A stretch of DNA of 39,794 nt from a virus (taxonomy: Duplodnaviria; Caudoviricetes), in IMG/VR virus record IMGVR_UViG_3300049023_000163, positions 1 through 39,794 of that record; one strand, 5' to 3'. Each line of letters begins with the position of its first letter. Positions within the stretch are counted from its first letter, which is position 1. Shown in pieces: positions 1 through 8,373 of this stretch. Under the pieces are notes generated by a model. It ran no database searches and had not been told where the DNA came from. It saw only the letters and a list, made by a program, of their open reading frames with translations. The position numbers were made by a program, and so were the translations under genes.

Positions 1-960
1 CTGGCGGGCTTCAGCGTCCATGTCGTCGTTGATGATCCCGAACACATAAGGCTTGTGTTTACCGCGGCGATCGAGGATATCGCGCAACTGTGTGGATATT
101 GGTATTATGATCTCCACCTGTTCGTGCACGGTATCCTTGGTTTTCCTGCGGATGAACTTGAAGTAATCGGGCCGAAAGTTCTCGACGCGGAGGTAAGCCA
201 TATCGGTGAAGTTCATGCCATTCGCGTAGTAGCTGAACAGCGCGTAGTCCTTTGCCGCGGATTCGGCATCGATCGTTGGTACGAATGCCACCAGCCGATC
301 TTTGACGTCCTTCGGTATCGGCTTCTTCACTGTTCTTTTCTTCCGAATGACGTACTTTTCTTTCCCAAAGGGATATTGATCGTCGCTGATCAGATGTCGG
401 TTACGGTTGATTACGGCCTTCAGTGTGCGGAGATAAATGCCGATGGAGTTCAGGGACATGCCGGCGGCGAGCTTCCGCGTCTCGTAGTTCTTGAGCCAGG
501 TGGAGTCGATGTCGCTGATCTGCAGATCTGGATCTTCACAGATGCTATTCATCGCATGCGCGTAGCTGGCGGAGGTCCGGAGCTTACCGATCGCTTTCTT
601 CTCGTCGATGACTTCCTGGAATAGATCTCGAAGTTTGGCGGTGACGGTTGTCTTGCCTTTGTACTTGGCGTCAAACTGATGTACACCGATGTAGTTCTGA
701 TCATCGAGCCAAGTGCTGACTTCATTCCTGATGGCGAAGATCTTTGTCTGCTGATCTTTCAATGTTCCTTTCGCTCGACCACGTTCAACGACTTTGAAGT
801 CCGATTCACTCATGTACTGCCGGGTCTTTACGTAACGACTGACAGTCTTCGAATGTCCATCGGTTCTTGTCTGCCAGGACACACGGACTTTAACAGGGTA
901 GAGCCCTCCTTCGACAGGACGACGGGTATCAAGAATAAGTGCGACCGATGGTTTTTGCAT
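1..960 (-). CDS. int: Tyrosine integrase (Bacteroidetes type), 3' end truncated by window edge
   Basis: Not in the ORF track. My translation from the ATG at 960 reads MQKPSVALILDTRRPVEGGLYPVKVRVSW...NSIGIYLRTLKAVIN...YPFGKEKY...FSYYANGMNFTDMAYL...FIRRKT, open to position 1. Arm-binding, core-binding and start of catalytic domain are recognisable; adjacent to the att site. Confidence 0.9.
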   Translation of the reverse strand, partial: MQKPSVALILDTRRPVEGGLYPVKVRVSWQTRTDGHSKTVSRYVKTRQYMSESDFKVVERGRAKGTLKDQQTKIFAIRNEVSTWLDDQNYIGVHQFDAKYKGKTTVTAKLRDLFQEVIDEKKAIGKLRTSASYAHAMNSICEDPDLQISDIDSTWLKNYETRKLAAGMSLNSIGIYLRTLKAVINRNRHLISDDQYPFGKEKYVIRKKRTVKKPIPKDVKDRLVAFVPTIDAESAAKDYALFSYYANGMNFTDMAYLRVENFRPDYFKFIRRKTKDTVHEQVEIIIPISTQLRDILDRRGKHKPYVFGIINDDMDAEARQ

Positions 961-990
961 GATTCGTGGTTAATGGCACGATGTTCGGGA

Positions 991-1013
991 ATTTGCAATA
1001 GATTTGCAACAGA
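991..1013 (+). repeat. Putative integrase arm-type site, copy 1 (ATTTGCAATAGATTTGCAACAGA)
   Basis: 22/23 identical to 1192-1214; tandem TTTGCAA half-sites; the two copies flank the tRNA fragment. Confidence 0.7.
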
Positions 1014-1112
1014 GGCCGGAAATAGTGCGGAAATGAGTGGGAAATGAATGGGCAATGGGAGAGTGGAAACGGCCTTTTTGTGGGTGTATTCATCGAAATA
1101 CTGAAATTCCGG

Positions 1113-1161
1113 GCTGACTTGTAATCAGTAGGTCGCTGGTTCGATTCCGGCAGGGGGCTCA
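1113..1161 (+). mobile_element. attP: attP core: 3' half of tRNA-Thr(UGU)
   Basis: GCTGAC-TTGTAA-TCAG anticodon arm, GGTTCGATTCC T-arm and acceptor 3' strand are present; no 5' half upstream; next to integrase. Confidence 0.85.
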
Positions 1162-1190
1162 AAAAAGGCGGTTTTATCGACCGCCTTTTT
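1162..1190. terminator. Bidirectional intrinsic terminator after tRNA fragment
   Basis: AAAAAGGCGGT-N7-ACCGCCTTTTT inverted repeat. Confidence 0.8.
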
Positions 1191-1191
1191 C

Positions 1192-1214
1192 ATTTGCAAT
1201 AAATTTGCAACAGA
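1192..1214 (+). repeat. Putative integrase arm-type site, copy 2
   Basis: ATTTGCAATAAATTTGCAACAGA; direct repeat of 991-1013. Confidence 0.7.
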
Positions 1215-1589
1215 ATGGACTTCCCGAAGGACTATCCACTTGGCATGGTGATCCGTACTCTGAAGGACGGATTGGAGGGAATTATTGTTGATCGCGAACA
1301 GCCTTTTCAGGGCTTCATTAGATTCATTGTGGAGATGCGCACAGGAGAGACGGTGCTGATGAACACCGATCAGTTTCTACCGATCGAAGATCCTGTACAT
1401 GGGATACTGGAGGACTGGCATGCCGAAGCTCGGCGACGCGGTTATAACTGGATCGTTATTGGATGGGATGTATCAGGTGAATGGCATTGTGTGTTTCATC
1501 AAGAAGGTGAACCATTCAATTCACCTTCTCATTTTGTTCCGCGGTATCATTGGCCGGTCCGAGGGAGCGCCAGTCCTCCATCGCCTTAA
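1215..1589 (+). CDS. Hypothetical protein
   Basis: 124 aa ORF with protein-like composition, filling the gap after attP. Confidence 0.55.
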   Translation: MDFPKDYPLGMVIRTLKDGLEGIIVDREQPFQGFIRFIVEMRTGETVLMNTDQFLPIEDPVHGILEDWHAEARRRGYNWIVIGWDVSGEWHCVFHQEGEPFNSPSHFVPRYHWPVRGSASPPSP

Positions 1590-2013
1590 CAAACGTGATC
1601 TGTGATAGATGCATCTCAGATCCAGGGGCATATTTCTCAAGCATGCGCAGCCGAAACTTATGTTCTTTCAGATGCAACTGAAAGCCACGCATCGGGAATG
1701 CTGTGAAACAAAGGTACTCGTACATTTCTTCCTCCGTCCATTTAGAACCAAGGAATTCGATCACTTCATCAACCTCTTGTTCTTCCGGCTCGGGTTCTGG
1801 TTGAGGTTTATAGTATATCTCGCGTTCCATCTCTGTTGGAACGGCAAGACCAAAGGTTTCGAATAGTAGGTTCGGAGCTCCCATCTCCATCAGACTTATA
1901 CGCATCTCATTATTGGTCGGTACCTTGTATTCAACAGTGTTGCCGAAGCAAGGATGTGTTGCATGCGCGAGCAGACCATCAAGTTCAGCTCCGCAGTGTG
2001 GGCATTTACTCAT
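1516..2013 (-). CDS. Hypothetical protein with N-terminal CxxC
   Basis: Last gene of coupled minus-strand operon. Confidence 0.65.
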   Translation of the reverse strand: MSKCPHCGAELDGLLAHATHPCFGNTVEYKVPTNNEMRISLMEMGAPNLLFETFGLAVPTEMEREIYYKPQPEPEPEEQEVDEVIEFLGSKWTEEEMYEYLCFTAFPMRGFQLHLKEHKFRLRMLEKYAPGSEMHLSQITFVKAMEDWRSLGPANDTAEQNEKVN

Positions 2014-2356
2014 AGATCGTGTATTCAGGGTGATCGGGATGCGGTCCTTTGTTTTTCATTGGCTTGAAGTAGGTGTCCTTTATGAATGGTCCAGCTACAC
2101 TGATCAGCATGTTCTTGTATGGCATTTCTCCTTTCATTATTGTGAACTTCTCACCATCAAAATGAGCGATTTCACCTTCCTTGAGATCTGGCCATTTTAG
2201 CACGGAGTCGGCATCGTAAATGAAATTACCAGTTTCCTTATAGATCTCCATGAGCCCTTTCACCTTATCGATGTCACGTTGTTTCTCACGTTTGGCATCA
2301 ATTTCTAGATGAAGATGCTCACAAGCTTTATCAAGTTCTTTGTTCCAGTCTTTCAT
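2006..2356 (-). CDS. Hypothetical protein
   Basis: Start/stop overlaps with neighbours. Confidence 0.7.
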   Translation of the reverse strand: MKDWNKELDKACEHLHLEIDAKREKQRDIDKVKGLMEIYKETGNFIYDADSVLKWPDLKEGEIAHFDGEKFTIMKGEMPYKNMLISVAGPFIKDTYFKPMKNKGPHPDHPEYTIYE

Positions 2357-2883
2357 GATTTCTTTCGGCGTTTATTGAACCATACAACAAAATCTCTTTC
2401 TGATGGATCACGCGGGACCCTGTATTGTCCGGTGGGCTCCTTGTACTTGCGTGCTGGGGTATGTACGATGCGAAGTAGTTTGCCGCGATCTTTTTTCAAT
2501 TGTTTCCAATTAGTGACACCATTAAAGCTGGTGCTACTCCAAGACCAACCATTGGGCCACTCCCAGATCGAATCGTAGCGTTCTTTGTTCCATACCATTA
2601 TCTCGGTACCACGTTTTGCGAGATCGTAGTTGAACTGTTTGTTTTCTTTTATACAAACATCGTGACCACCATGAGAGATAGAGGCACCGCCGCCGATGTG
2701 CATTACATGCCCATGCTCACAATAATTCCAGTAATCCCTGCGCTCAACGGTCACTGGATTGGCGTGTAGATCGTAAATGTATTCTTTGAAGATCGAATCA
2801 CTGACTGTCAGGTTGCCGATCTTGAATTGCGCGCAGGCTGATCCGGAAATCAGACAGGCGATGAGTAATGTTAGTGTTTTCAT
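2353..2883 (-). CDS. Hypothetical exported protein
   Basis: MKTLTLLIACLISGSACA-Q signal peptide followed by Gln (Bacteroidetes-like); ATGA coupling. Confidence 0.7.
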   Translation of the reverse strand: MKTLTLLIACLISGSACAQFKIGNLTVSDSIFKEYIYDLHANPVTVERRDYWNYCEHGHVMHIGGGASISHGGHDVCIKENKQFNYDLAKRGTEIMVWNKERYDSIWEWPNGWSWSSTSFNGVTNWKQLKKDRGKLLRIVHTPARKYKEPTGQYRVPRDPSERDFVVWFNKRRKKS

Positions 2884-3278
2884 ACATCATTCCGATAGGT
2901 TGCTGTGATACTTGGATTCATTCGTTCGTAAGCTTCAAGCATGGCATCAATCTCTTCGATCTGCAGCTTTATTGATCCAGCTTCACGACCGGATTTCTTT
3001 TCATACAGATCACGGAGATTGTTTCTAATGTCGCGTTGCTGGATGTAGTGATCATCGGATTCTATTACCGGAGGCGCTATAAGATGACGATGTTTTTTGA
3101 TCTCGTTGATCAGCTCGTCAGGCAAATCGTTGAGATTGTGCATGAAATACTCTCCGTTCTTTTCTTCGATCCAGTATGGAATGAAGTAGTATGTACTACT
3201 ATCGGTAGCCACAAGTGATGCGTGCGTCTTTAACAGATTGACTGTCTCAGCGTGCAGGTTGATTTTGATTTTTGCCAT
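2880..3278 (-). CDS. Hypothetical protein
   Basis: ATGA coupling to downstream gene. Confidence 0.7.
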   Translation of the reverse strand: MAKIKINLHAETVNLLKTHASLVATDSSTYYFIPYWIEEKNGEYFMHNLNDLPDELINEIKKHRHLIAPPVIESDDHYIQQRDIRNNLRDLYEKKSGREAGSIKLQIEEIDAMLEAYERMNPSITATYRNDV

Positions 3279-3285
3279 TTTGTTT

Positions 3286-3582
3286 TTATCTCTTCTTTTT
3301 CTTGGGTCGTAAACTAAAAAAGCTCGGTAATCCTTCGAAGCATTTGAAATGCCAGATAGGAACAGTTCGTTCTTTTCCTTCCCATGATTTAGCTGTGATC
3401 ACAATCGTTTCATTGGTCGATGATACAACAGTGTACAAGCCACGCAGGGTGCGAAGGTGAATTCTTGCTCCTGGTTTAAATCTTGAAGATGTTATCTTCG
3501 TTGAAGCATGTTCCATCGCAGGAGGGATGTTTGACTCTCGGTATAGTAATACATCGTCATAGAATGATTGCACTTGGAACAT
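3286..3582 (-). CDS. Hypothetical protein
   Basis: Start overlaps upstream stop. Confidence 0.6.
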   Translation of the reverse strand: MFQVQSFYDDVLLYRESNIPPAMEHASTKITSSRFKPGARIHLRTLRGLYTVVSSTNETIVITAKSWEGKERTVPIWHFKCFEGLPSFFSLRPKKKKR

Positions 3583-3968
3583 CAGTTAAAGTTATTTGAT
3601 TTTGCGATCATTACAGAAGATTGCTTGATGAGGAAGTATGTCTTTCCCAACAATGTGAGTTCCAGCGATTGCTGGCCGCGCATGAAATACACTTCATCGC
3701 CGACGTTGACCTTCAACGGGATGTGAATGGTCTTACGTCCATCAGTGAGTGTATCTTGTTCGGTGTGTGTCGGATATCCATCACCTTTGCGGATGACAAA
3801 GCCACGGATCATCTCCGGAACTTTGGGATGGCCAGGCTGAGCGATCAACGCAACTTTCGGGATAACAATACCGGAATCGGTTTTATGTTCATTCGATTCC
3901 TTTGCCGGCTCGACAAGCAGTGCGTCCTGCACTACGTAGTATTCGTCAGGTAGTTTGTCGGTTGTCAT
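3582..3968 (-). CDS. groES: GroES/Cpn10-like co-chaperonin
   Basis: DALLVEP...KTDSGIVIP (mobile loop)...G.VI..GDG...PLKVNVGDEVYF...GKTYFLIKQSSV. Confidence 0.8.
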   Translation of the reverse strand: MTTDKLPDEYYVVQDALLVEPAKESNEHKTDSGIVIPKVALIAQPGHPKVPEMIRGFVIRKGDGYPTHTEQDTLTDGRKTIHIPLKVNVGDEVYFMRGQQSLELTLLGKTYFLIKQSSVMIAKSNNFN

Positions 3969-4393
3969 AGTTCGTTTTCTTTAAAGGTGAAACAGCCTGA
4001 TATCCATTCTTGGATGATCTTTACTTTATGCGAATCGTAATCGAAGTCTCCACCGAGTGGTTCATCATTGAATCCGGGACGCCATTTGTATTCTAAAATG
4101 TAAGTAGCTCCTTCAAAGTCAACACCTACCCCAAGATCATTTTCGGAGTAGTAAGTTTTTCCGTCAACCTCGATAACACGATGGAGCTTTGTTGACGTCC
4201 TACAATTGAAACCTTCATGAAGACGCATAGCAAGGTGCCTTGCATCTAACTTTTTCTCAATGTCCTGCAGTTTGTCAATGTAAACCTGTCGCTCTTTTGC
4301 AGTATCGAAATAATGGTGTCCTGGTTTCTCGCCATGCTTATTCCATTCATTGTAGAAGCCACCCCATGTGTACAGATAATACTCGTATTTCAT
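3965..4393 (-). CDS. Hypothetical protein
   Basis: ATGA-coupled on both sides. Confidence 0.7.
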   Translation of the reverse strand: MKYEYYLYTWGGFYNEWNKHGEKPGHHYFDTAKERQVYIDKLQDIEKKLDARHLAMRLHEGFNCRTSTKLHRVIEVDGKTYYSENDLGVGVDFEGATYILEYKWRPGFNDEPLGGDFDYDSHKVKIIQEWISGCFTFKENEL

Positions 4394-5718
4394 ACAGCGA
4401 TTTTAGATTGTTCTTGAGATGCGATCATAATTCTGTCCAGATCTGAAAAGATCTTGTGTTGGTCGACACGCGCATACACCTTCTCGGTCTCCGTGATACT
4501 TGTATGTCCCATCATCCTGGATACCGACTCCATCGAGAACCCAAGAGAAAGCATTCGCGTCCCGAACAGATGGCGACCAAGGTGTGAGCGACTGCTCATA
4601 TCCTCATTGTGCTTGATACGATAGAAGTGTAGCAGTCCGCTGATCTTGCGCTTGTACGTATCATACGATACCTGCGGGCTGCAGTCGTAGTTCAGGACCG
4701 TCAAGATCTCCAATGTCTGTGGGAATATCGGAACAGGTGCAAGCTCACCGGTCTTCACACGGTTGTAGACAAGTGAGTCACGATTAGCCAAGTCCTTGGT
4801 GATGTAGTTCCGGATGTTCTTACCGTACTTCTCAAGATCAGCGAATGCCATTCCGGTCCATGTCTGCAGCAGGAAAAGAAGTCGCGCGCGTGAGAGATCA
4901 CCGCCCGTGGTATCTTTCGCATGCAGTTCTTCCTTGCCGACTTCAATTGAGCGAGCGGCGATCGATACGGTCTCGATCTTGTGAAGATCCTCCGGAGAAA
5001 TTTTCCACATGATCTCAGCTGAGCGGTCTTCCTCCTTCTCGGTGATCGCGGAGTATCCCTGTAAGATGTTGGTCTTGATCTCACCGAGCTTCGTAGCCCA
5101 ATTGATGACGGCCTTGAACTTGTTCATGTACTCGATGATCGATGATGCGTTGTACATCCTGCCTTTCGGTCCAAAGGACTTCTGCAGATACAACTCAAAG
5201 CGGTACACCAGCGCGGTCTCCATCTCATCACAGAAAAGATCCTGCTGATTGGTCTTCGAGAGAAACGCACGCAGCGCGATCTCCATGGCCCGGTAGATGT
5301 CACCGGTTGCCGGCGCGAGCTTCATCGCGGTCTTATACTCCTGGATCAACTCGAAGAAACTTCGACGCACAGGTTCCTTGATGCCATTCTTCCAGGCGTC
5401 CATGATATCACGACAGCGTGGCTCGATCTTCAGCACGCTCTTCAACTTATGGTACAGGAGTTCGACCTTCTTCATCGACTCCCGGATGTTTTCGTTCTGC
5501 AGCATGGTGAGTTCATCATCTCCTTTGATCCATGGCCCGAAGGCCGTCAGGCAGTGTGCCCAACGCTCGTGCTCGATGTGTATCCCGAGATAGATCTTTC
5601 CCATGCCCTCACCGAACTTCTGTTTGTAGTTCGGATTGTACAGGCCGAGGTACACGGTATATATCTCCTTCTTCGGGAGCTTGGTGCATACAACACCTAT
5701 AGTGAATAAATTTTTCAT
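4390..5718 (-). CDS. Second tyrosine recombinase/integrase
   Basis: TGMAFADL, RVKT, SHLGRHLFGT, SRMMGH, EKVYA motifs. Start moved to ATG 5718 because the upstream extension overlaps a structured RNA. Confidence 0.9.
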   Translation of the reverse strand: MKNLFTIGVVCTKLPKKEIYTVYLGLYNPNYKQKFGEGMGKIYLGIHIEHERWAHCLTAFGPWIKGDDELTMLQNENIRESMKKVELLYHKLKSVLKIEPRCRDIMDAWKNGIKEPVRRSFFELIQEYKTAMKLAPATGDIYRAMEIALRAFLSKTNQQDLFCDEMETALVYRFELYLQKSFGPKGRMYNASSIIEYMNKFKAVINWATKLGEIKTNILQGYSAITEKEEDRSAEIMWKISPEDLHKIETVSIAARSIEVGKEELHAKDTTGGDLSRARLLFLLQTWTGMAFADLEKYGKNIRNYITKDLANRDSLVYNRVKTGELAPVPIFPQTLEILTVLNYDCSPQVSYDTYKRKISGLLHFYRIKHNEDMSSRSHLGRHLFGTRMLSLGFSMESVSRMMGHTSITETEKVYARVDQHKIFSDLDRIMIASQEQSKIAV

Positions 5719-5744
5719 GTTCGGGGGATTTGTAAATAAATAAG

Positions 5745-5922
5745 GCGGGGCATCAGCTGACCCCGCCTCTAACCATAAAACACAAAGATGAACTTCGTGT
5801 GCTGACTGTCTTGAATGTTTTTTAAAAGCCCGTGGCAGCTTATCTCCACAGGCTTTATGGCTACGTTTCCTCTCATTCCACATCTCGACCAATGTAGTAG
5901 CCCGGAACGTGATCTTAAATGA
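5745..5922 (-). ncRNA. Candidate small RNA or structured leader upstream of second integrase
   Basis: TATATTTG promoter element just upstream; hairpins GGCTAC/GTAGCC and AAAGCCTGTGG/CCACGGGCTTT; single-stranded segment antisense to early-gene leaders; terminator-like AGGCGGGG/CCCCGCCT plus TATTTATTT. Confidence 0.55.
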
Positions 5923-5927
5923 CTTTG

Positions 5928-5935
5928 CAAATATA
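5928..5935 (-). promoter_or_regulatory. Bacteroidetes -7 promoter element TATATTTG
   Basis: Matches TAnnTTTG; intergenic, just after the MTase stop. Confidence 0.55.
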
Positions 5936-5937
5936 TG

Positions 5938-7893
5938 TTATCCTTGCCAGATAATTCCCAACGTTTTACGTTTCCGATTTTCATTAATCTTCTTGTAGTC
6001 CGACGACAGTTCAATCTCGATTGCATCACCACCAAGTTGTATTGCCACCAGTCCAGTGGTTCCGGCACCAGCGAAAGGATCAAGCACCACGAATTTTCCA
6101 CGCTCTGTGGTCTCGCATGCGCAGGTCTTCTCCCATCCATCTGTCTGATACTCGTAATAACGGCCGCTCTGATGCCCGGACTTCGCTCTATTGCTTCCTT
6201 GATCTTGTGCATCTGCATCGTGATCACGTTTGTCGACGACGATGTTCTTCGGTGCACTTTTCAATGCGCGAAGATCTTTCTTCACCACACGTTGATACGG
6301 TGCTCCACAATCAGCACAGACGCCATAGGCGGAGGTACCGGCCAGGATGCATAGTCGTGGTAGTTCTTCGGGGAACGTCGCGAAGTGCGCCTCCTTGAAT
6401 GCCTGTGTAGAGATGTCCCACACATCATCGTAGTGTAGCTGTTCCTTCGCGTATTTCTCCCAGAGGACAGCGAAGATCCCGGGTTCAAGGTTTTGCTCCA
6501 ACCACTTCCAGAGAAACAGCGGGTCATCAATCTCCCAGACGGATCTTTTATTTGCGAGACCATTTCCAAGCAATGAACCATCAGCTGCGTAATTGCCACT
6601 ATGATTACGCAAACCTTGATCTCCTTCATTACTTCGATGATCATAACCTTTACGCTGCGCTTCGATTGATCGGCCTTTGTGAACCTTGGATTGAGCCCAA
6701 GAGCCAGGTGTTCGGTCAGCATCTTTTATGAAGCTACCGTGATCACCTTTCCCTGTAGCCCAATTGGATGATTTCTTAGCCAGGGTATTTTTGGTGATGT
6801 CACTTACTTTTGAGGCAATAGCAATTTGATCGTAGAAATACCTCTTCGACTTCGCGAACATGAAGATGTATTCATGCGCTTTGGTGCAACGATCCTTCGC
6901 GGACTCTGGCATCGGGTTACGTTTCTTCCAGATGACATCCTGCCTCAGATAAAATCCTTCTTCATACAAGGATGGAACGGGTTGTAACCAGCGCGGTAGA
7001 TCGACGTCTTGTCCTTTGTTAAGCTTTGAAAGACTTTCCATCATCCATGATCGGCGTTCCTGTTGTGCGGGGAGGTAACCTTTTTTCTTAGATTTTAAGC
7101 CCTTCTGCATTTCTAGAAAGTTCCATGCTATAATAGCCTGTTTCTTTTTCGCTACCAGATATGGGAATATCTCACAAATGAACAGCTGTTTTATTTTAGT
7201 CTTTTCAACGTCCCATCGATACACAGTTTTGTTTTTTTTGTCACCTTTCTCGTACACATTCCTTTTTTCTTGAGGGAATAAAAGTATACACCTATCAATG
7301 ATGTCTGTGGAAGAGTTGGTAATAGTTATATAGATGTTTGTTTTCGTTTTTCCGGCGAACAGGTATTCTGTTCCGCAAATGCTACCCTCAGCATCTAACA
7401 TGGCGGCCATCCACATTCTATCAGTTTCGGATTTAATAACACCTGTGTAGAATGGCGCCTTTAAAGCCTCTGCTAATTTCCAAGGGATACCCACCATGTC
7501 CTTTGCTTTTAGTCCCCCGACTATTTTATTCTTCTGACGCAGGTTGATCAGCTGCGTACCTTTTCCACCAATCAGTGTGCTGGCTTTCGTTGCTTGAGCC
7601 GGCGACCGGTTCTTTTGCTTCGATGCGTAGCTATCACCGATATTGATCCATAGTGTTCCATCATCACGTAAGATGCGACGCACCTCACGGAAGACCAACA
7701 CCACCTTCTGTACAAATTCTTCCGGAGTAGGTTCAAGACCAAGCTGGCCTTCTACTCCGTAGTCACGCAAATTCCAGTAAGGCGGAGAGGTCACTACGAC
7801 GTGCACGGACTTGTCCGGGATCTGTCGCAGGATCTTCAACGCGTCACCGAGTGTGACTTTGTTGAGCCATTGAGATAAGTCAATTCTTTTCAT
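5938..7893 (-). CDS. Beta-class N4-C/N6-A DNA methyltransferase with in-frame LAGLIDADG insertion
   Basis: TSPPY near N terminus, GIPW...GFYLRQDVIWKKRNPMPES...HEYIF, HFATFP, C-terminal LDPFAGAGTT. Confidence 0.92.
   Translation of the reverse strand: MKRIDLSQWLNKVTLGDALKILRQIPDKSVHVVVTSPPYWNLRDYGVEGQLGLEPTPEEFVQKVVLVFREVRRILRDDGTLWINIGDSYASKQKNRSPAQATKASTLIGGKGTQLINLRQKNKIVGGLKAKDMVGIPWKLAEALKAPFYTGVIKSETDRMWMAAMLDAEGSICGTEYLFAGKTKTNIYITITNSSTDIIDRCILLFPQEKRNVYEKGDKKNKTVYRWDVEKTKIKQLFICEIFPYLVAKKKQAIIAWNFLEMQKGLKSKKKGYLPAQQERRSWMMESLSKLNKGQDVDLPRWLQPVPSLYEEGFYLRQDVIWKKRNPMPESAKDRCTKAHEYIFMFAKSKRYFYDQIAIASKVSDITKNTLAKKSSNWATGKGDHGSFIKDADRTPGSWAQSKVHKGRSIEAQRKGYDHRSNEGDQGLRNHSGNYAADGSLLGNGLANKRSVWEIDDPLFLWKWLEQNLEPGIFAVLWEKYAKEQLHYDDVWDISTQAFKEAHFATFPEELPRLCILAGTSAYGVCADCGAPYQRVVKKDLRALKSAPKNIVVDKRDHDADAQDQGSNRAKSGHQSGRYYEYQTDGWEKTCACETTERGKFVVLDPFAGAGTTGLVAIQLGGDAIEIELSSDYKKINENRKRKTLGIIWQG
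6961..7455 (-). mobile_element. LAGLIDADG homing endonuclease-like insert (about 165 aa) inside the MTase
   Basis: WMAAMLDAEGSI motif, ITITNSS..II, VYRW, IFPYLVAKKKQA; visibly more AT-rich than flanks; interrupts the ALxA-xGxYLRQD motif. Boundaries approximate. Confidence 0.8.
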
Positions 7894-7914
7894 AGGTCGG
7901 GGGTTGTTGGAGAT

Positions 7915-8013
7915 TTATGAATTATTAATTATAAAGTAGATGACTAGCGCTTCAGTAATTGCCGCGATGGTCACCAAGATTATGAGTGCTCGATAGCTTT
8001 TGTTATTTGTCAT
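7915..8013 (-). CDS. Small single-pass membrane peptide (32 aa)
   Basis: My translation MTNNKSYRALIILVTIAAITEALVIYFIINNS. Confidence 0.4.
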   Translation of the reverse strand: MTNNKSYRALIILVTIAAITEALVIYFIINNS

Positions 8014-8089
8014 GGGGATGTTTTTTTACATTTTCAATTTGATTCCTTGCACATGGTACTGGCATCGTTTATTTCTGTAAGTTGGTCTT

Positions 8090-8368
8090 ATGGAACAACC
8101 AGACATCAGGGCTCGATATATTCCCGAGGAGGAATACGAGCAACTCGTGAAGAACTACTTGAAGCATTTCAAGGGTAATACAGAATCCGTTTCATTCAAC
8201 TTGTATGATCTAGCTGCGATCATGCGTCAACCGGGAGCTGACGCGATAACGATTGTGTTCGGAGCTGATAAGAAAGGGAAGTTGACGGTGATGTTGAAAT
8301 CTACTTCACAAGGCCGTGATACTATACAGTATAAAAGCGACGACAGTCTTGGTGCATGGGGAAAATAA
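8090..8368 (+). CDS. Hypothetical protein, opposite orientation between the two MTases
   Basis: 92 aa; fills the intergenic space, converging on the Dcm stop. Confidence 0.6.
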   Translation: MEQPDIRARYIPEEEYEQLVKNYLKHFKGNTESVSFNLYDLAAIMRQPGADAITIVFGADKKGKLTVMLKSTSQGRDTIQYKSDDSLGAWGK

Positions 8369-8373
8369 TCGGA

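Noticed and set aside
55-1047. Plus-strand ORFs 55-624 and 679-1047
   Set aside because: Antisense shadows of the minus-strand integrase that the ORF track missed because it runs off the window
1090-1161. Complete tRNA-Thr gene
   Set aside because: No acceptor 5' strand or D arm upstream; better explained as an att core
4840-4870. Integrases inactive because the first catalytic Arg is missing (GMAF, GMNF)
   Set aside because: This substitution is common in active Bacteroidetes integrases such as IntDOT; the other catalytic residues of the second enzyme are intact
5719-5892. N-terminal extension of the second integrase given by the ORF track
   Set aside because: Non-AUG start running through hairpins and a terminator; not protein-like
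6961-7455. Canonical intein in the MTase
   Set aside because: No Cys/Ser at the insert start, no His-Asn followed by Cys/Ser/Thr at its end, and no HINT blocks visible
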